64,000 nt of DNA from Octopus bimaculoides (GCF_001194135.2 NC_068995.1:53684644-53748643); one strand, 5' to 3'; counted from the first letter of the stretch, positions 41,164 through 53,568 are shown. Translations and numbers: made by a program. Notes: generated by a model from the letters alone, not told the origin.

Positions 41164-41235
<72 letters not shown>

Positions 41236-41770
41236 AAGAAAAAGAAGGAGGATAAGAATAATTATCATCATTATCATCATCATCACTTATTATCATTATT
41301 ATTATTATTATTATTATTATCGTTAATTCTACTGTTGCTGTTTTTGCTGTTTTATTTCCCCCCCCCCCCTCACTGGTTATCGTTCATCTCATCGGTTGTT
41401 CTAATACCAATACTTGAGCATACTTAATTGCTTGATCATTATTAACGGTCTTCTTCTCTCACAACCTCCCTTCCTGTGTCAGGTCTCCTCCTTCTAATCC
41501 TCCTTCGCCTCTCCACTTCCCCACCTCCTCCTACTCCTCCTCCGCTCCCTGTGCTTTTCTTTGTTTCTCTCTTTCTCTCTCCCTCTCCAATAATTTCATC
41601 TGTCTCTATTACAAGACATGGTAACAGTAGATGGTGGTGGTGGTAGTGTTCGTGCTCACGGTGTTGGTGGTTATGATGGTGGTAGTGGTGACGGCGATGG
41701 TGGTGATTGTAATTGTGATGGTGGCGGTGGTGGTGTTCGTGGTGACAGTGGTGGTGGGCGGCAAGCGGTG
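40630..41770. repeat. Compound trinucleotide low-complexity block (TCA, TAA, TTA, CTG, GAC/GAT, CCT, GAA, GGT)
   Basis: Direct inspection. Confidence 0.95.
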
Positions 41771-42193
41771 TAAGAATATTTAAGCATTAGTGTTTGCGAT
41801 CTGCATGATTGTTAGGTTGATGGGCATCAACGTAATAATCTTGATGGTTGTTAGTGAGGTCCATGATTACGTTAAAGCGAAGTGATAAAGTAACGTGCAA
41901 TAATTGGCTGTGTTTATTTCTGATATCATTAACAACTGCTAAAGGAGACGTTGTAGAGATGTTAACGGAGGGAGAAAAATAAAAAGAATGAGAAAGTCAA
42001 CAACTATAACAATAAATCACACACGAAGCCGAGTGAAAAAGGAAACCAAATATCAAATTAAAGAAGCTGACAAATAGGGTGGTATCAGTGCTCTCCAATA
42101 ATAATATCGCCAATAGTATCATAATCATATACCAATGTATCTTACACGTTTGTACAAACATACATGCATACACACATACACACGCAAACATAC

Positions 42194-42267
<74 letters not shown>

Positions 42268-42720
42268 TTTTTTCTCCTTTTTTCTCCTTTTTTCTCTCCT
42301 TTTTCTCTCCTTTTTTCTATCAAAAATGGTTTCCCAACTCAATGTTGACAAGCTTTCATAGCATTATACGTACTTCGAGAGCCAGAAATATTTCGACTTT
42401 TAAAAGATTTTAAAATGAAGATATAGGACAGATTATAGAAGGCGTAAGGAAATTCATTCACGAAACAATAATACAAATAAATACGTGTGGAATCGGAAAA
42501 TGACAATCGTTTGGTCAGATGAATGGAAAGCAGCAGATATATAATCAAGGGAAAACATCAATAAGGGAATTGTAAAGGAGTGCTATGAGAAAAAAGAACA
42601 TAAAAGTTTGAAAAGGAAACAAAAACCTATTTAGAGAAACGAGATTTTATTCTTACAAAAACGGTTGGAGTGCAGAGTCGACAACGTGGGGTGATAAGAG
42701 TCATAAGATGCTATGATAAA

Positions 42721-42758
42721 GAATGTTTCAGGATGAAGGAATCGTCAACCTTCATCAG
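42721..42758 (-). ncRNA. Degenerate hammerhead-ribozyme-like motif
   Basis: Minus strand: CTGATGA-AGGTTGA-CGATTCCT-TCATCCT-GAAA-CATTC. The core is intact and stem II has 6/7 pairs; stems I and III are not convincingly formed. Confidence 0.4.
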
Positions 42759-43009
42759 TCAGCATTCTCTTGTTGGCGTACAGGGTTGATGTGTTTATGT
42801 TTGCTCAGGTCTTCGGGACAATCTCGATTCTGCTATTCCTTAATTCCGAAACCAATTTTGTCTCGAGACGAATGAATGTAGATACAAGATTTTGGGGTTC
42901 TTAAAGTAGAATGTAATATTAAGTGGTAATTGGCAGTTATATCTAAAAAAAAAAAAAAAGTCGAGAAACTATGAAAAATCCCTATACATTATTATTTTAA
43001 AGGTTTTAG

Positions 43010-43205
43010 TAAAATTCCAGCAATTTTAAGGGGAGTCGGTAATTCGATAAGATTCACACAAGTACTAAAATGGTATTTTATTTTATCGAAGGATAAAGGT
43101 CGAAGTTGATCTCAACGGCATTTGAAAACAGAGCATTAATATCCATCCCAAAATACTGCAAACTATTCTGTCCGAAATGCTAACGGTTCCTCAAGTTCGC
43201 CACTC
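43010..43205 (-). mobile_element. SINE family B, degenerate
   Basis: aatggtattttattttatcgaaggataaaggtcgaagttgatctcaacggcatttgaaaacagagc...tgctaacggttcc. Confidence 0.6.
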
Positions 43206-44584
43206 TAGATTCTCCACATATAATATATATATAAATAACAGCAGAAGACACGTCCTATATTTTTAAGTTGGCAGGGTGGGATCGGAAGTAGATTTGGCAC
43301 TTATCTGTATTAGCTCGAGAGACCAGTCCAATTGTTAGTTCGTAAGAGGTTATCCTGTCGGATCGTTAGTTGCTTCTTCTTAGGAACTCAACGAAAGTTT
43401 CATAGAATTAGTTGTATTTGTGTAAATACGCATAATCTATGCTAGAGATCAAATTAGGCAAGTGAATTTAAATTCGGTTTGGAGGAGTTGAAAATTTGAA
43501 TCAATATGGATCAGAAAGTTTAGATAATATAGCTGAAGGTGAACGGTGATTTCTTACGTGAACGCCAGGTCACAAATCTTTTGTTTGTTGAAGAAAGTAA
43601 TCTTTAAATAATAATTACATACGTATTGAGGATGCAGTAACGTGATATAAATATTGCTTGTAATCGACTACTACTCTACCTTATTAAAAGCATGTGGATC
43701 ACAGCGTAAATATTTGTTGCAAGGCATTTTCTCTGTCATTTTACTAATCTGTCAGTTTTCCATGTTTGGAGCCAGACCAGGTTGTTGTACTTCTTAATGT
43801 TTAACTCCCATATCAGCCCTTCCTGGTTGAGCCCTGACATTTTACTCAAGAGTGGAGTGCTTCTAAGTCTAGATTATCGGATGTGTTCGTTTTTCAGATC
43901 ATAGTCCTGTGATCAAAAAACTTTCTAACCGTACCTTTTCATTTTCTTAGAATTACATTGTTGAAATGTATGTTTTTTCAAAGATCTACGTATGCTGAAA
44001 ATCATTCAAAATTGCAACAATCCGGGCTGTTTCCTAGCCAGAGTGCACACAAAATAAGACGTGATACATCTACAATTCAACCCTGACCAAGCAAAGAACC
44101 TTCAGGATTACGTTATCCACGGTGTTGTTACTTTCACTAAAGAGCACGTTATGTGTCGATCACCATTACATTGGTGTCCTCTCTGTGCCCAGGGATTGAT
44201 TTGCTAAGACTCGCCACTTCACTCTAGGTTGTGCTGCAGGCATTCAATCAACAAGGCTTTCGTTTTCGGTTCTTTCTTTGCTATTGACGTCCTTGAAGAA
44301 CTCTTGGTTTCTTCCTCTGCTCATTTGTTGAGAGGACGTTTCGTGGCACATGGCATGTCCAAAATAGCATCACAACATTTACTGATTCTTCACTCATCAA
44401 CCGTTTACCTTACCAAATTGTCTAACCGATTCTGACAAAGATCGAAACTGCATCCTTATGTGATGGATAATACACACATCGACACACACATCATTTATTA
44501 AATATTCTTTAAACTTATAGAATATATAAAGTATGTAATATATAGACATACGAATACATGTTTATTATTATATATTTACACAGA

Positions 44585-44659
<75 letters not shown>

Positions 44660-45195
44660 TTTATATGTGTATGTATAAAAATCAAGTATAAAGAATATAT
44701 ATGAAATTATTTACCTAGCAAATGTATATACGTCGCAAGGTAGATCGTACAAGGAATTTCCTTACTTTATCCGCGGCATTACATCATCAGAAATACTTTT
44801 GAATCACGAAAGTCGATGAAATATGTACAGAGATGTTACAGACATTTACACAATGTACTCTCCAGACTTGATTTTTCTATGCATATTTTATGTTTTTACA
44901 ACTAAAGAGACACCTATGTGCTTTGCCAAAATGTGACAGCCAAGTGTATACACATTCACACAAACTCCCACACTCACCCACACATACGAACGCGTGCGAA
45001 GATTATGTTGAGTAGATTCTCGTTGCTTTTATTCATACTTTTGCTGCTTGTTGCTGTCATCTCTGGCGTTCATCGCAGTATTTAATAGAAGCGTTTTGAA
45101 GCTCACGGTTGCTAACAAACAGCAAATGGAAGAGCAATCTATTCTTGCTGACGTCACTATGAGCACACTATGAGCACACCATCGTTTGTACAATA

Positions 45196-45595
45196 CAGGT
45201 GTGGCTGTATTGTAAGAAGCTTGCTCCCCAGCCACATGGTTCCGAGTTCAGTCACACTGCGAGGCACCTTGGGCGAGTGTCTTCTACTATAGCCTCGTGC
45301 CGACCAAAGCCTTAGTGAGGGGATTTGGTAGACGGAAACTGAAAGAAGCCCATCGCATATGTTTTGTGTGTGTGTTTGAGTCTGTGCTTGATCCCCACTC
45401 CCACCGCTTGACAACCAATGTCAGAGCGTTTACGCCAGTGTAACATAGTAGTTCGGTAAAAGATACCGATAGAATAAGTGCCAGGTTTTACAAAAAATAT
45501 GTACTAAGGTCAATCCACTCAACTACAAGCCCTTCAAGGCGGTACTCCAGCATGGTCACAGTCTAATGATCGAAATGTGTAAGAGACAAGATAAA
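45196..45595 (+). mobile_element. tRNA-derived SINE family A, full length
   Basis: Head caggtgtggctgtattgtaagaagc...gagttcagtcac (A/B-box-like), body ggatttggtagacggaaactgaaagaagccc, internal (TG)n, tail ggcggtactccagcatggtcacagtc. Several partial copies lie elsewhere in the window. Confidence 0.92.
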
Positions 45596-45904
45596 TCAAG
45601 CAAGTGTGGGTCTTCAGTTCATATGTCCGCTACAGCTTTTCCTTTGTCTTTACCCAGATTGGTTCTGCTTTCTTAAACTAGTTGTATAACAACGCAAATA
45701 GGATTAAGAATTGCCATATCACGCAAGCGTTACTTTGATAAAGTTTTCGAAAGAACACAGAGAATCCCTACCAATATTCGGATACGTTCGTAATTAAGTT
45801 ACCTGTGTCGCAATTGAAATTAGGCATGGCTTCACACAACAATCTCTCTCTCTCCCAGTCTCTCTCTCTCTATCTATATAAGTCAGTACAGGAACATTAA
45901 TGCG

Positions 45905-45984
<80 letters not shown>

Positions 45985-45995
45985 CCTGTATGTAT

Positions 45996-46235
45996 GAGGT
46001 GGATGTTTGCCATAGTGTGTTGGACTCATGATGCCAAAATTGTGGTTTCGATTCTTTGTAGTGGCAATGCGTTGGGATCTTATGCAATCCACTTCACTGC
46101 ACGTTAATCCAGTCCACTCAATTGGAAAAGATGACTATTTTTATGACGGACCGGTGTAGCGTCCATCTTGCAATAATATATGTAAACGCCATAGAATCCA
46201 GGGAACCGGCCTTATGAGTCTATATAACTCGGGAA
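45996..46235 (+). mobile_element. SINE family C, degenerate
   Basis: gtggtttcgattc B-box, ccagtccactca core and acgccatagaa..ccggcc tail, as in the 6941 copy. Confidence 0.65.
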
Positions 46236-46253
46236 TGATGTTTATCCTTTTTT

Positions 46254-46254
<1 letters not shown>

Positions 46255-46314
<60 letters not shown>

Positions 46315-46481
46315 NNNNNNNNNNNNNNNNNNNNNNNNNNNNNNNNNNNNNNNNNNNNNNNNNNNNNNNNNNNNNNNNNNNNNNNNNNNNNNNNNNNNNN
46401 NNNNNNNNNNNNNNNNNNNNNNNNNNNNNNNNNNNNNNNNNNNNNNNNNNNNNNNNNNNNNNNNNNNNNNNNNNNNNNNNN

Positions 46482-46536
<55 letters not shown>

Positions 46537-46605
46537 GAGACCGAGAAAACGAGAGAGCGAGAGAGCGAGAGAGCGAGAGAGCGAGTGACCGAGCGAGAGA
46601 GAGCG
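46255..46605. repeat. (CA)n - N gap - (GA)n/(GCGAGAGA)n
   Basis: Direct inspection. Confidence 0.95.
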
Positions 46606-47031
46606 AGATATTGTGAAACCTCCCGTTGATTTTTATGTAGGAGTATCGAATAAGGATTTTTTTCTTTCTTCGTTAAGTTCTGATGTCTATATTACGACAC
46701 TAATTCAGCGAGTGGACATTAATTAGTGACTTCCACTTTGCTCTCAAGATGATCTAGTCGACCTAGTTCATAGTTGTTTATGAATTGATATGATTCTATA
46801 CTGAGTCCTCCTCCATTCGTTGCAATTCGGCCCTGTTATTTCAAATATTTTGCGGTGGGGATTACGTCACTTTGAGGTTAGCTTAGATATATACGTGTAA
46901 GCGTGCGAGGGTAGAGAAATCCATGAACAAAAACAACAGAACGAAGACCACACAAGTCAATTGGACGTCGACAGTGCACATATTGACGCTGAATGAAGGT
47001 TTTACATGGGGCAAAAAATAGGAGCTGAAGG

Positions 47032-47058
47032 GACGTTTCGAGCATAGTCCTTCATCAG
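47032..47058 (-). ncRNA. Minimal type-I hammerhead-ribozyme motif (Penelope-type), probably degenerate
   Basis: Minus strand: CTGATGA-A-GGAC-TAT-GCTC-GAAA-CGTC. Both core halves are intact, with a palindromic ACGT stem III and a GUC triplet. Stem II has one mismatch and stem I does not pair. Confidence 0.6.
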
Positions 47059-47760
47059 ATAGAGAAAAACGTCCAGAGAAAAGGAAAAAGAGAAAGGAGC
47101 AGAGAGTTACATGGCCAAAAATAACTGACGAGAACTTGGAGAGAAATAGGTAATGTGGTTTTTGAGAGCTGGAAAGTGCGAAAATGGTCATTGAGTGTAT
47201 GCTTTGCGCACGCTTACAGATTGCGAGGAGCACGCGCACGCACACACACACACAGACACACTCACAAACACACAAACACACACACACTCAAACACATACG
47301 TACACACAGTGAACACAAGCACTACCAATTCACATCGCCCAGTCTCTTGAACCCACATCCTGCAGCTGCTACGCCCTACTGCTACTAACCGGTTTGTTCC
47401 ACGCACACACACATTTATGAATTACATATATATATTTATATAGGGTGTACACACATACACACGTACAGATATATTATGCTTGTGTGTGTGAGTGAGACGG
47501 ATGGTGGCGACTGCTTATCAACGACCCAATATTGCCAACCTTATATTGGTACAATGGCTATGTTCATTCAAGTGCCTACTCATTCAGTCTTGACCATTTA
47601 TTTCATTCTTTTATGCTTCTGTTCATCTCCGCGCATGACTGATTTCGGCTCAATGCCATTCAATTTTATCTTTCCAAAAAAATTTCTATAGAACTCTCTC
47701 TTTCCTATGCCCTTCTTCATCCCCTCGCCGTAAACTTTACTCCCTTACGCATAAATTACT

Positions 47761-47829
47761 TTCTTCTTCTTCTTCTTCTTCTTCTTCTTCTTCTTCTTCT
47801 TCTTCTTCTTCTTCTTCTTCTTCTTCTTC
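47761..47829. repeat. (CTT)n microsatellite
   Basis: Direct inspection. Confidence 0.98.
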
Positions 47830-48132
47830 CGTCTTCTTTCTCTCCTCCTCTTTAACCTTTCCCACATTCGTTTCCTTGTGCCTCTTTATTCCCCTGCAAA
47901 AATTCCCTAGCATACTTTATTTAAATGCATTGAGTGATTTTAAAAACTTGACAATCGATCGTTTTAACATATGATTACGTACAATATCATACAGATTGTT
48001 TGTCATGGCTTGTACAAGCTTACACACGTATACACAAGCAGACATAGACATGTTGTAAAGAATACTCGAGTAATCTACACCAGTTCATTATGAATTTGTT
48101 CTGAACTATACATATGTACAATATGTATATTA

Positions 48133-48349
48133 TCTTTCACTTGTTTTAGTCATTAGACCGTGGCCATGCTGGGGCACCGCCTTGAACATTTTTACGCCTT
48201 GTGGTCATTCTATCGTCGCCTTTTATGGACCAGCTAAGTTACGGGGATGTAAACACACCAACACCCGTTGTCAAGCGTTGGTGACGGTGGTGTGGGGGAC
48301 AAACACAGACAGAATGACACACACACATAGATTATACATACATACATAC

Positions 48350-48397
<48 letters not shown>

Positions 48398-48427
48398 CGG
48401 GCTTCTTCCAGGTTTCGCCTACCGAAT
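48133..48427 (-). mobile_element. SINE family A, 5'-truncated with internal deletion
   Basis: ttagtcattagaccgtggccatgctggggcaccgccttgaa...gctaagttacggggatgtaaacacacc...acgggcttcttccaggtttcgcctacc. Confidence 0.88.
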
Positions 48428-48520
48428 ACTTAAAGTGGTGCTCTAACATGACCGCAGAAATAAGTAAAAATATAAAAAATATATATATATAATTTTATGT
48501 ACTTTGTATATCTATCTATA

Positions 48521-48561
<41 letters not shown>

Positions 48562-49334
48562 TTCTCTCCCTCTCTATTTCTCTATTTCTCTATTTCTATA
48601 AATACCAATCAGAGCAGTTTAGTTTATATGAATCTTTGTGGGATATAGCTTATATATATATTCATACATAGTAATTTCTACTAATGTCATAAACCTCGAC
48701 ATTTGTAGATGTGGGAATCTATTCACTTGAATTGCTCCAGTAAATACCTAGAAATTCTTTTATCGACCCAGTAATGATGACAGTTGGAGATAAACCCAAT
48801 GGGATTTCATATTTTAAGTCTGCTCGTAGTGGGACCACCACGCTAAATATTGATGTATTCGTATGTTGAAGCGTGTATTCAAATGTATGGCTTATATAAA
48901 TGTAGAATGTGTCGGATAAGTTTGTATGTATATCAGTGTATGTGCGTTGGTGAATGTTAATCAAATACCATGGAGGGTTTGCAATTGATAATAAAATAAA
49001 ATGATAAAATCAATATAAAAATAGAACAATTTTGTTCGTTTGTGTCGAATATCTGTGCGAATATGTATTAGGAGGTAGTTGTATATGTGATTTTGTGTGT
49101 ATGTATGTCTGTATGTATGTGTGTATACGTTGCTTTTATATGTGTGTGTGTATTAATGCATGTATACTGGGGGCGCGGATGTCTATCTAGGGAAGACAGC
49201 TGTATTAACGGTAGCTGACTAGCTGAGCTTTTGCTGAATGTGCGTTACAGTATGTTTGCGTTTTTCTATCGGTGACCTAAGTTTACTAATCCACCCACAG
49301 GATTATTTCCTACTAACAAACTCAATGTTTTTAA

Positions 49335-49588
49335 ATTTCGACACAAGGCAAGGCATTTTGAGAGGGGGGTGGTGGTGCTTAATCGATTACATCTACCTCA
49401 ATCGATTACATCTACCTCAATCGATTACATCTACCAGTACTTCGCTGGTACTTTATTTCATCGACCTAGGAAAGATGATAGGTGAAAGTTAACCTCAGCG
49501 GGTATTGAACTCAGAGCGTAAAATGCCACCAGGAGTGCCATTAAGCATTTTGTCCGACTTGCTACGGATTCTGCCGGCTCACTACCTT
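49335..49588 (-). mobile_element. SINE family B, full length, with an internal 19-bp triplication
   Basis: cgacacaaggc...(aatcgattacatctacctc)x3...ggtactttatttcatcgacc...ttgaactcagagcg...ggattctgccggctcactacc. Confidence 0.88.
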
Positions 49589-49857
49589 CCTGAAAATCAG
49601 AAATATCAAAAGAAGTATCAGTGGCCATTAGAGATTTGTCTGATTGATCCTGATCTTCCTCTACCAAAATTGGCCATGGGCTTGCATCAACGAAAGGGTG
49701 AGTACTGTAAAAGACAAGTAAAGTTTCTGGTAGGATGAGATAACAACAGTATAATTTCAATCCTTGGTTAAAATAATTTCGTTATACCTGCCTCACTAAT
49801 CGCCATGTTTTTTGTCTAGCAAAACTTAAATTATTTTGACATTTTATCTTTTACATT

Positions 49858-49980
49858 TTTACACGTTTCAGTCATTTGCTTGGGGCCATACTTGAACACC
49901 ACCTTTTCTCGAAGAAATCGACCCTAGGACTTATTCTTTGTAAGCCTAGTACTTATTCTATCGATGTCTTTTGCCGAACC
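49858..49980 (-). mobile_element. SINE family A, 3' end
   Basis: tttcagtcatttg...aggacttattctttgtaagcctagtacttattctatcgatgtcttttgccgaacc. Confidence 0.88.
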
Positions 49981-50457
49981 GTATAGTGAGAACCATATAG
50001 TAAGAACCATATAGTAAGAACTAGACTAAAAACCTTTCAACGTAGTGCCCCAACATGGCCAAAGTTCAACAATTGAAACAACCAGAAAATAAACTATTAA
50101 CCCTCCCACTATTTCTTTAAATTTCACCCTTTCTACATCCTTCACACGGACATATGAAGCCATGCCACATCCACGAATTTGATGCTTCGCTCATTCTAAG
50201 ACCTGTATTTTTCGCCCTTCTTTTAGACAATTATATATTCTGTCTACTCTTTATGCGTGTCTATATATAATTCACAAGCACCGTTGATTTGATGGCCTTG
50301 GTATGTCGATGCTGGTGCTGTGATTGTTGTTGCTTGGTTGCATTTAGATACGTGGTATCATGTGCTTGTTTATTTGACGATGGAGGTATAAATTATACTA
50401 CAATGTGTGTGTATTTATGCTTGTGTAAGTATAGAGGGGTGTGTAAATCACTCTCTT

Positions 50458-50516
<59 letters not shown>

Positions 50517-51802
50517 CTATCAATCTATCGAGCGATCGAGTTATATATAAAGGTATGTGTGTATATATGTATTGTATGAATGTATGTGGCCGTGCGTCAT
50601 ATGAACATGTGGTGTCGTTATCATACAACGTAGTGAATATCTGTGAGTATATGTGTATATTGTGTATGGAAGCTTGTCAGTCAAACAGCAGGCGACAACT
50701 GAAGACCACATTCATTATAATAATGTCCCATGAACTGAATATTAACATTAACTTGCAACCTCGTTCTGGTTGCATAAAACATGGCGACACCGATAGATGG
50801 GGAAAGTGCAATTTCCGTACGATATATAGAATCTGTCAGTGAAGTGTCAGCCTCTATGTATTTTGCTTATACACGCACACTCACACACAGACACACATTC
50901 TCTATCTCTCAAACGCACACATATATGAATATATATATATATATACAGAGAGAGAGAGAGAGAGAGAAAGAGATACATATACACACATCAAAACACGCGC
51001 ACACACACACACACATACACGCCAGCTTGCGCACACACAGACGCTCACATGCACACACACAAATACATACATATATATATATATGTGTGTGTGTGCATAT
51101 TCACGTATCTCTATATCTCTCTCCTCTTTCATTCTCTGTCTGTCTGTGTCTCCCCCCCTATCTCTCTCTATATATCTACTGCAATGTATGCATTTTGCAC
51201 GTCTTGATATACGCCTGGGGTTTTATTTGTAATCAATATATAACTTAGTGTGTGTGTGTATTTACGATCTGGGTTTGTTATAATATATGTTTCACTGATT
51301 TTGTCTGAAAACTTTCTGTCTAAATTGAATACAAATTACTTTAACTGTTTAAACAAAACAAGGATTACTCAACAAGCGACACTATGCCAAGGATTATATC
51401 GTGTATATCCATTCAATAAAATGTCATTTATAGAGGTGAGTGACTATATAACAGTTATTATTGTTTTTCAGATTTCAGAGTCAGTTAGGTAACATTCAGT
51501 TCTTTTATTTTGATTAAATAATGTCTTCTCACAACCATCATACAAACCATTACTGAAGTGGAAGGAGTGTTTCTTTTAGAGTTACAAGTTTCAGAAATGG
51601 CATTTATATGTTTAAAGCTCTTAACTGTGGACATCGATCTTTTGAGTATAACGAAGAAATGGGTGTTATTTCTAGAGAACTATTTATATATATATATATA
51701 TATTTTTTTTACCTATGCATCGAAACGAAAATCTGCTTTCAATCATTATTTTTTTTTACTCACCTTTGCTTAAAAAAAAGAACAACCAACATACAGTGAA
51801 TA

Positions 51803-51877
<75 letters not shown>

Positions 51878-52714
51878 NNNNNNNNNNNNNNNNNNNNNNN
51901 NNNNNNNNNNNNNNNNNNNNNNNNNNNNNNNNNNNNNNNNNNNNNNNNNNNNNNNNNNNNNNNNNNNNNNNNNNNNNNNNNNNNNNNNNNNNNNNNNNNN
52001 NNNNNNNNNNNNNNNNNNNNNNNNNNNNNNNNNNNNNNNNNNNNNNNNNNNNNNNNNNNNNNNNNNNNNNNNNNNNNNNNNNNNNNNNNNNNNNNNNNNN
52101 NNNNNNNNNNNNNNNNNNNNNNNNNNNNNNNNNNNNNNNNNNNNNNNNNNNNNNNNNNNNNNNNNNNNNNNNNNNNNNNNNNNNNNNNNNNNNNNNNNNN
52201 NNNNNNNNNNNNNNNNNNNNNNNNNNNNNNNNNNNNNNNNNNNNNNNNNNNNNNNNNNNATATATATATATATACGCACACACGCACAAATGTATAAGTT
52301 CATTGAAAGTTTTAGTTAGTTTTTTCTTCTGTGAAGTTCTTAGCGTTGGTGAAAATACTTCTGTGAAGTCTTCATAGAAATATGTGTCGTAACATTTACT
52401 GGAAAGTGTTTGTATTCGTGTTCTCTCCCTCACTTTCCTTCTTTCTAACTCTCTCTGTTTCTCGCTCACTCTCCGTAATACACGCTCAACGCATATACGT
52501 ATGATTACGCGCATGCGTGAGTATATGCGTTTATGAGTGATTGCGAGAGGGGAAGTATATTTTTGATACTGAAAAGAATACGCTCAAGTTTGAATATATA
52601 TTTGCTAGGAATCAGGGTTATGTAAAACTAGACCGCGAACTCTCATAAACTGGTTAATGGTGAGAATATATTTTGCTACGTAAGATCACGTTATGATCAT
52701 AGTTACAATAATCA

Positions 52715-52971
52715 TATTGCGTTGGTGCATAATTATTGCTGCTTTTTCCCAACAAATTTTATTCAATAAAACACTATAACAATATTTCAGAAAAACATCT
52801 TTTATTGACGGTCTAACCATCTGCCAAGTAAATAGGGAACAGTAATTGAAGTAAATGGTGAATACGCTCCGGAATAATCATTTAAAGATGTTTTTGTTAC
52901 ATGTTGTTATTGTTTTTGTTGAATAAAATTTGTTGAAAAAAAAGTCACAATAATTATGAACCAACGCAATA
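52715..52971 (+). mobile_element. Mariner-derived MITE with long TIRs and a transposase C-terminal remnant
   Basis: TA-flanked. tattgcgttggtgcataattattg / caataattatgaaccaacgcaata differ by one mismatch, and the complementarity extends about 60 bp inward. Internal GLTICQV/..TVIEVNGEYAPE* resembles a mariner C-terminus. Confidence 0.93.
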
Positions 52972-53329
52972 CATATATTTGTTAGGAATCAGGGTTATGT
53001 AAAACTGGACCGCGAACTATTATAAACTGGTTAATGTTGAGAATATGCTTTTGTTACTCCAGGTAAGATCAGGTTATGAACGTAGTTACAATAATTATAA
53101 TTAATTTGTTTCTCCCAAATTTCATGGTGTATACACACAATAATGTAGCCAATATAATTTTCAAAATAACGATATTTATTAAATTGAATGAAAATTGAAT
53201 AAAATGGATTTTCTATTTCTATATATGCAGTAAATATGTTTACAATAACAGTAATACTGTTTAACTATGAGTTAATTACAAATGCAAAATTGCCCCCATA
53301 TCATCCAATAGGGTTCATGTCATCACAGT

Positions 53330-53520
53330 TTCTTCGAGGTGACCGTGACACCAATTGTGAGTATTATTACGATGCCTGTTTCGATTCATTATGTTCTGAG
53401 TTCAAATTCCGCCTACGGTTGAACGTTACCTTTCACACTTCAGAGTCGACAATATATGTACAAGCTAATGATTAGTGTCGATGTAAACGAATTTCTCTTT
53501 CGCCTTAAAATGCTCGCCTT
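53330..53520 (+). mobile_element. SINE family B, degenerate
   Basis: gttctgagttcaaattccgcc (B-box)...cctttcacacttcagagtcgac...gtcgatgtaaacg. Confidence 0.65.
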
Positions 53521-53568
53521 GTTTTTTTAAATTTGGAACAGTTATTACGATGATGCCTATAAGATAAA

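Noticed and set aside
44290-44400. Minus-strand YFGHAM resembling the LINE RT C-terminal YFGHxxR motif
   Set aside because: A single short motif without supporting flanking similarity.
49982-50023. Short direct repeats as a possible CRISPR-like array
   Set aside because: The units are adjacent with no spacers and the context is eukaryotic. No CRISPR array, rRNA or intact tRNA gene is supported anywhere in the window; the tRNA-like boxes belong to SINE heads.
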